Part shown: in pieces, positions 44,249-50,020 of the stretch | Position numbering within the stretch: the first letter of the stretch is position 1 | Layout of the letters: the number at the start of each line of letters is the position of its first letter | Virus record (IMG/VR): IMGVR_UViG_3300033144_003463 | Location: 1 to 50,020 of that record | DNA: 50,020 bases | From: a virus | Taxonomy: Duplodnaviria > Caudoviricetes | Strand: one strand, 5' to 3' | Program-made: the position numbers and the translations under genes | Notes under the pieces: model-generated | What the model was told of the DNA's origin: nothing | Database searches by the model: none | Seen by the model: only the letters and a program-made list of their open reading frames with translations

Positions 44249-45929
44249 TTTAACACAACCAACATATAATATATTTGATTTAGGATATGATAGGGATCTT
44301 CTAAAGCCCGATGGGTTTTATGATGCTCCATCAAGGATGCAATCCAATATGGATAGTATGAATCCGATATCTCTTGGAGGTGGTGAAATAATAGGAAATC
44401 TAGAAATAATTGATGGTTATTTACAGTCTGGCAATTTTGTATCAGGATCTACCGGATGGAAATTAACTCCAACAAGTGCCGAAATAAATGTTTCAACAGC
44501 AATCCATTCTTTAGATATTCCGGACACAACGGGCGGAGATTCTTTTCATACAGATTCAGACGGGAATAGTTGGTGGGGATGTAACGTTGCAGACTTCGCT
44601 TCTAATAATGATAATGCCGATGCTTATATTTTAAAAACTGGCGTGGCAAAACTTCAATCCTTAACCGTAGTTGGGGGGGCAATTGACGGAACATCTACTA
44701 TTGGCGGAAGAGCGGCATCAATTATAGCCTCAGCTATAGATGCTTCTGGACATTTCGCAGATGATGCCATAAACACGGCCGCTGGAACAATTTTAGGAGA
44801 ATTTGCATTCAGCGGTTCTGGGGCAATACAAATAGGAGAATATGTAAATGGAGTTACTGGAGATTTGAAACTAAGCCCATCTGGAATTTTAGCAAGAAAT
44901 TCTGCTGGTGATACTACGTTTTCTATTAACGGAAATACTGGAGTAGCTGTATTGAACGGCTTAGTTGTAGGAACGAATGTAGGATTGGGAACAGCAGAAG
45001 ATAGTGCTGGGGTTACTGCAATTGTAGGAAATACCGTAACAACGGCTTATGTTAATGCGTTAGATGTTAATGCGGCCACTGTGTCAGCGAGTATATCTAT
45101 CACAACTCCAGCTATTACTGGTGGGACTATTCAAACTGCTGCTGGAACTGGTCAAAGGATTTTAATGAGTGGCAGCGACAATACATTGGCCTTTTATAAT
45201 GGAAGCAATGAGGTCGTTACTCAACTTGGTGGTGGAACTAACATCGGAAATGCAATAAGAATAATACTTGATACTTCTACCATGGCTGGGATGAGGATTG
45301 ATTCTGATGTTGACGCAACGGCAGGCATTCAGATTGTTAATGGTGGAGCTGTTACAATGAATGGACTTGCAGTTTCAATGACGAATGCTGGTGCAGGGAA
45401 TGATGGATATGGAATGCTTATTGACCATAGGGGAACTAGTTCTGGAAAGGGATTAGAGATAATTCGTTCAAATGGTAGCGGCAATTCTATTGATATTACT
45501 CACAGCACAACTGGTTCTGCAATATCAATTTCTAATGATGCAAATTCTGCTGCAATAGATATAATCCATAGTGGAACTGGTAATGCTTCCAATGCGATTA
45601 AAATAGATTCTTCTGAATCAACTGCAATCAGTGCATTAGATATTAGTTATGGTTCTGCATATAGTGACCAGTATGCAGGGAAATTTGCTCGTTCTGGCGG
45701 AGAATCTGTTCTTTTCCTTAGCCATACTGCTGATGCTAGTGGCACAAGACGAGCTGGCATTGAGCTGGATATTGGTGATACGACTGGAACTGGTGCAGTT
45801 GCTGCAGCATTTATATTTAATGGCAAAGAGGTTGCTACTGGAGCTGTGGGCGGTAATCAAGACAGGGTGTTGAGGGTATATGTTGGAGGCACTGTTTACT
45901 ACATACCATTACATACAACATATTCATAA
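44238..45929 (+). CDS. Tail fibre/spike-like protein
   Basis: LQSGNFVSGSTGWK; G/A/T-rich beta repeats; C-terminal VYYIPL. Confidence 0.7.
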   Translation: MMTSLTQPTYNIFDLGYDRDLLKPDGFYDAPSRMQSNMDSMNPISLGGGEIIGNLEIIDGYLQSGNFVSGSTGWKLTPTSAEINVSTAIHSLDIPDTTGGDSFHTDSDGNSWWGCNVADFASNNDNADAYILKTGVAKLQSLTVVGGAIDGTSTIGGRAASIIASAIDASGHFADDAINTAAGTILGEFAFSGSGAIQIGEYVNGVTGDLKLSPSGILARNSAGDTTFSINGNTGVAVLNGLVVGTNVGLGTAEDSAGVTAIVGNTVTTAYVNALDVNAATVSASISITTPAITGGTIQTAAGTGQRILMSGSDNTLAFYNGSNEVVTQLGGGTNIGNAIRIILDTSTMAGMRIDSDVDATAGIQIVNGGAVTMNGLAVSMTNAGAGNDGYGMLIDHRGTSSGKGLEIIRSNGSGNSIDITHSTTGSAISISNDANSAAIDIIHSGTGNASNAIKIDSSESTAISALDISYGSAYSDQYAGKFARSGGESVLFLSHTADASGTRRAGIELDIGDTTGTGAVAAAFIFNGKEVATGAVGGNQDRVLRVYVGGTVYYIPLHTTYS

Positions 45930-46000
45930 AGGATTAAAAAACAATAAAAAAATAGAATTATTAAAAAAATAAAAGGTCGTTATAAATAAAACTAAAAATT

Positions 46001-47098
46001 ATGGCAAATACAAAACAAAAACATTGGAATTATGCTTATGGAGCTACGGGAGGAGAAGATCATAAATTCTGGGGAACAGACGAAGAGGCAGAAGCATGGA
46101 TCAAAAAGAGGGGATATGTTACTACGAAACCATCGGCTGGAGAGATGAGTGGTAATATTGAGGATAAAATGGGTGATATCCAGCAACAGATAGAATTGTA
46201 TCAAGCCCAGCTAGAGGCTGCAAAAAGTGCAGGAGTAAGCGGGGATGAACCAATTCCTCAAAGTATTTTAGATGAAGTCGTAGAAGAACAAGAACAAAAC
46301 GATCAGTCTTTTGAAGACATTTTAAAGAATGCATCAGATGAATTAAAAAATTCTCCTTATTGGCAGTATCTAACGCCTCAACAACAAACGATGATGGTCA
46401 TGAGTGAATACTCTACTCAGGCTGGAAATGAAGCATATGCAGATGCATTTCAAGAGTCATTGGTACTGGCTGGACAAGCAGTTGGCCCATATTGGCAAGA
46501 ACAAATGGATATCATAACACAGCAGTTAGGATATGCCCTTGGAACAATGGATGAGAACTTCGAGAATCAACACGATTGGTTATTAAAGCAAATTGATAAA
46601 ATAGAAAATGATTTAGAATACGAATCAGAGTATTTAACATTAGAACAACAGTCTGCGTTAGCTAGGCAAAAAGAGAAGTATGGAATACAGGTAGAACAAA
46701 TGCAAGAGAATATGGCTAGTAGAGGATTGAGTGGTTCTTCTATAAAGGCAAAGACTGCCCAAAGATTAAAGATAGCTGATGAAGATGTAATAGAAAGCAC
46801 CACAAGACATTATAATAGATTGATGAGAAATTTAACAACTGGTGGGCAATTTAATATAGATTCAATTAATCAACGAATAGGAGAATTACAAGCGAGCCTA
46901 ACTCAAAGTCAAACATCTGCAGTTCATACAGCAGAGGGCGTGATAGGGACTGAAGCGGTATTGGGAGTTGGTGGAACATCTGGTCTTACTCTTGGAACTC
47001 CAGGAAGTCCATTTTCTGGAACAATAGGTCAACAAGAGCTTGAAGATACAAAAAGCACCGCAGAATCATTAATGATGACAAATTATCCAAACTTATGA
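46001..47098 (+). CDS. Putative DNA-ejection (internal virion) protein
   Basis: Q-rich coiled coil; MASRGLSGSS motif. Confidence 0.55.
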   Translation: MANTKQKHWNYAYGATGGEDHKFWGTDEEAEAWIKKRGYVTTKPSAGEMSGNIEDKMGDIQQQIELYQAQLEAAKSAGVSGDEPIPQSILDEVVEEQEQNDQSFEDILKNASDELKNSPYWQYLTPQQQTMMVMSEYSTQAGNEAYADAFQESLVLAGQAVGPYWQEQMDIITQQLGYALGTMDENFENQHDWLLKQIDKIENDLEYESEYLTLEQQSALARQKEKYGIQVEQMQENMASRGLSGSSIKAKTAQRLKIADEDVIESTTRHYNRLMRNLTTGGQFNIDSINQRIGELQASLTQSQTSAVHTAEGVIGTEAVLGVGGTSGLTLGTPGSPFSGTIGQQELEDTKSTAESLMMTNYPNL

Positions 47099-48111
47099 GT
47101 TATTATATAAAAGGAGAAAAAGATCCATATCCTAGCAAGGAATGGTATGAGGCTAGTCAAAAGATGAGGGGTCGCGGAGAAACCGTGACTAGTTCTGGTG
47201 TTAATAAGGAAAGGGCTGGAGTTGGCGGAACAACCGTGACAGACCTAGAGGGAACATTGGCAAAGGCCAAGAAAGAAACACCCAAGGCATTGCCAACTGG
47301 TGGAATAGATAGTTTCACGGCAATGAATATAATGATGAGAGATATAGCTGGGAGAGCCAAGAAGAGGCGTATGAAGACTGGAATGGAGGCTGTAACTGGT
47401 GGATTAGATGAAATGGGGTTTGATAGATCAAAAATGAGCGGAAGCGTAACTAGGGGAATCATAGACTTTGTTGCAAGACAAACTGCCCCAGCGATAGATA
47501 GGCAGTTCGATAATATGGCAGACATTATTAAGAGCCTATCCACACAGCAAGATAAGATAAAAAGTGATGCCAAGAGCACCATCCAAATGATGATGAGTTC
47601 TAAGATATGGAATAGCGCAACGGATGAACAAAGGAAGATATTATGGGAACAAGCAGGAATGCCTGGAAATCCTTTAACTGTCCCATTAGATACAGAAGAT
47701 CAGGAAGATATTAGAAAAGATATTGTAGATGATGTTTACCGTTCTCGAAGTGCATATAGGGATAGTTCGGAAGAGGGATGGCGTGAGGATCTTATAGGGG
47801 TAATGGTTGCTACTTATGGACCAGAATGGGAGGGGTATATTAAAAAACAGGTTTATGTATTATTGCCAGATGATTTAACTGTTGAAACAACTACATATGA
47901 TGACTTGAAGGCCGACGAACAATCACTGGTAAATGTTATTCAGCATAGAATTGATTCTGAATATAGCGATGAAGAATCAGAACTTGATTATAGTGATTAT
48001 GAGGCAGTGGTAAAAGCCTTTCCACAATATGCTCATCTATTAAAGCCTGCGAAAATGGGCGATATGGATGAAAGAGACTTTCAAACTTGGAAACAAGAAC
48101 AAGATAAATAA
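47095..48111 (+). CDS. Putative DNA-ejection (internal virion) protein
   Basis: Helical; lies between ejection genes; ATGA overlap. Confidence 0.5.
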   Translation: MSYYIKGEKDPYPSKEWYEASQKMRGRGETVTSSGVNKERAGVGGTTVTDLEGTLAKAKKETPKALPTGGIDSFTAMNIMMRDIAGRAKKRRMKTGMEAVTGGLDEMGFDRSKMSGSVTRGIIDFVARQTAPAIDRQFDNMADIIKSLSTQQDKIKSDAKSTIQMMMSSKIWNSATDEQRKILWEQAGMPGNPLTVPLDTEDQEDIRKDIVDDVYRSRSAYRDSSEEGWREDLIGVMVATYGPEWEGYIKKQVYVLLPDDLTVETTTYDDLKADEQSLVNVIQHRIDSEYSDEESELDYSDYEAVVKAFPQYAHLLKPAKMGDMDERDFQTWKQEQDK

Positions 48112-48117
48112 ACAATT

Positions 48118-50020
48118 ATGGATTGGGTACAACAACAATATAAAAAACTTACAGGTGAAGCTCCTGTTGTAGATGAAAAACCCGAAACTAAAACCCAGGA
48201 AAAGCCTGAGGAAAAGTTAGATTGGGTGCAACAACAATATAAAAAGTTGACCAGTGGGCCTGAAAAACCAACCAGTGAACCTAATAAACCTCAGCCCACC
48301 TATGGAGAATATGGGACTATTGGAAAACAAGACTGGAAATCGGGAATTATTCCCAAGTCCGCATTAAAAGAACCAATAGATAGAAGTAAATGGATGAAGC
48401 CAGAAGAGGGGAAGTCCGAGTGGACAAAACCACCTGCGTCTCGTCCACCAGTCAAATCGGAGTGGGAGAAGAATCAGGAATTACAGGAATCGTCAAAATT
48501 AGATAAAGAGATTAGCGATACGGAAAGAATCTTAAGCCAGCTAGAGGAACGTAAAGAAAGGTTACAAACACCGCCAGAGGGGTTTGCAGAGAAGGTAAAA
48601 TGGTTCATAACGAGAGAAGACCTGAAGAAGGAAATGAAAGAAGATGTGCCAGTAACGGAAGCAATAGCTCAATATAAAAGGAAGCTTAAAAAACTTAAAA
48701 ATACCAGAGATGGTCTTGTCCCATTGCACGAGGCAATTACAAGGCCAATAGAAAGCTTCGCGGTATCTCTACCGAAGGCTATTATTACTGGACTTAGGGC
48801 TATTACTGAACCCTATAAAGAATCAAAGGTTCCAGAAGGATATGAGGATCATTGGTTCGCGAATTTTAATGTGAATTTTAACAATGCGGTTGCCAACCTT
48901 CTTGAAAGTAAGAAAACTACAGAATGGGCCAAGAAATGGATCGGTGTTATGGATTATAGGCAAAGAGAAGTAATGGCGCCAATATATAACGACAAGCCTG
49001 GACTTGATGGTATCAGAGAATATGTCGCCACAATAGCTGATGGCACTCTTTCGTTGGCTTCAGCCATTGGAATTGCTCTTGTCACAAAAAACACAAACGC
49101 TGCGGCTGGATTTCTGAGTTTTCTTGAAGCTAGCGATGAATACAACAGGGGAAGAGATGCGGGGCTTTCTCCTGATAAGGCGCTTGGTGACACCCTTATG
49201 TCGGGAATCGGAACTTATTATTTAGAAAAGATTAGTTTAGATTTCATGTTTAGTGCTGGTGGATCAAGCAGAATTATAAATGCCCTTAAGGTGTCTGGTG
49301 CAGAAACTATGCAGGAGGAAATGCAAACGGTTTATCAAAACATTGTTAGAAAATATAGTTATGATGAAGGACAAGAGGTGTGGGAGGGGCTTTGGGAAAC
49401 AGCGGTAGGAATCTCTGTTCCTTCGTTTATTGCAGGTTTATTTACCAAGGTGCCAGTCGGGGCAAGTAGAAGCATGTTGCTTAACGAGATAATGAATAAG
49501 ACAGGAGTATCTAGGAGAAAAGCTGAGAAAGTTGTTGATGAGATGATCAATATTGTCCAAGAGGATAAGGTAATCTTTGAACAAGAACTTGAAAAAACTG
49601 ATCCTGGAGAAGCTGAAATCACCCCAGAAGCTCAGGCAGAGGGAGAAAGAGAGGCACAAGAATTCCTAACAAAAGAAGATATAGCCAAAGAGAAGAAGAT
49701 TTCGAAACCTGTCGAAACGAAGCCTAAAGTTGAGCCAAAAATCGAAACGAAGGAAGGGGCTATACCTAAAAAAGATATAATAAAAAAAGCCACAGAAGAA
49801 CGTGAAAAAAGATTAGCGAAAGAAGGATGGGTTGCCCCAGTTAAAGAAGAAAAGCCAGTTGCCAAGGAAGCGCCAGAACCTGATGGATATGTTAAAGAAT
49901 GGGGGACAATAAATCAATATCTCGCCGAGAATCCTTATAGAAAAGAATTGGATGAAATGGTGAAAGCAAAAGAATTTGATGAAGGTGTTTTGGAAAAGGC
50001 AGATAGATGGGAGATGGAGC
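48118..50020 (+). CDS. Giant virion/ejection protein, N-terminal part (continues across the junction; missing from the ORF track)
   Basis: ATG at 48118, MDWVQQQYKKLT..; open to the window end and in frame with 42..4709. Confidence 0.85.
   Translation, partial: MDWVQQQYKKLTGEAPVVDEKPETKTQEKPEEKLDWVQQQYKKLTSGPEKPTSEPNKPQPTYGEYGTIGKQDWKSGIIPKSALKEPIDRSKWMKPEEGKSEWTKPPASRPPVKSEWEKNQELQESSKLDKEISDTERILSQLEERKERLQTPPEGFAEKVKWFITREDLKKEMKEDVPVTEAIAQYKRKLKKLKNTRDGLVPLHEAITRPIESFAVSLPKAIITGLRAITEPYKESKVPEGYEDHWFANFNVNFNNAVANLLESKKTTEWAKKWIGVMDYRQREVMAPIYNDKPGLDGIREYVATIADGTLSLASAIGIALVTKNTNAAAGFLSFLEASDEYNRGRDAGLSPDKALGDTLMSGIGTYYLEKISLDFMFSAGGSSRIINALKVSGAETMQEEMQTVYQNIVRKYSYDEGQEVWEGLWETAVGISVPSFIAGLFTKVPVGASRSMLLNEIMNKTGVSRRKAEKVVDEMINIVQEDKVIFEQELEKTDPGEAEITPEAQAEGEREAQEFLTKEDIAKEKKISKPVETKPKVEPKIETKEGAIPKKDIIKKATEEREKRLAKEGWVAPVKEEKPVAKEAPEPDGYVKEWGTINQYLAENPYRKELDEMVKAKEFDEGVLEKADRWEME
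49907..50020. repeat. Terminal direct repeat, right copy
   Basis: Identical to 1-114. Confidence 0.97.

Noticed and set aside
575-49865. All minus-strand ORFs in the track
   Set aside because: They are antisense shadows of strong + strand genes, with no recognisable motifs or promoters
1-50020. Stop-codon reassignment
   Set aside because: Standard-code ORFs tile the genome densely, and TAA, TAG and TGA all end genes at sensible boundaries

Overview
The window is a complete, circularly assembled dsDNA tailed-phage genome of 49,906 bp; bases 49907-50020 repeat 1-114 exactly. Essentially all credible genes are on the + strand. The order is: lysis genes interrupted by a small Shine-Dalgarno-led zinc-finger/metallophosphoesterase/HNH island (4.7-7.9 kb); recombination and replication (PD-(D/E)XK nuclease, SSB-like protein, HTH initiator with internal iterons, HNH, DnaB-like helicase; 8-12 kb); accessory genes (12-16.7 kb); an amidoligase + class II glutamine amidotransferase operon behind a structured leader (16.8-21 kb); a probable early anti-defence region ending in a T7 Ocr-like gene (21.6-23.4 kb); terminase, portal, scaffold and capsid (23.6-31 kb); and podovirus-like tail genes with two glycosyltransferases and a methyltransferase, a 1482-aa repeat fibre, and ejection proteins including a 2165-aa protein that crosses the junction. 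I saw no integrase, repressor, polymerase, reverse transcriptase or CRISPR array. The AT-rich leaders without SD sites suggest a Patescibacteria/CPR-like host, but this is inference only. The most unusual signals are regulatory: an AAAGGTCG octamer about 21-31 nt upstream of start codons, five identical DnaA-box 13-mers next to sigma70 promoters, two tRNA-like RNAs with non-canonical cores, and a ~10.7 kb CCWGG-free zone containing the Ocr-like gene. All assignments come from motif recognition by eye; no searches were run.
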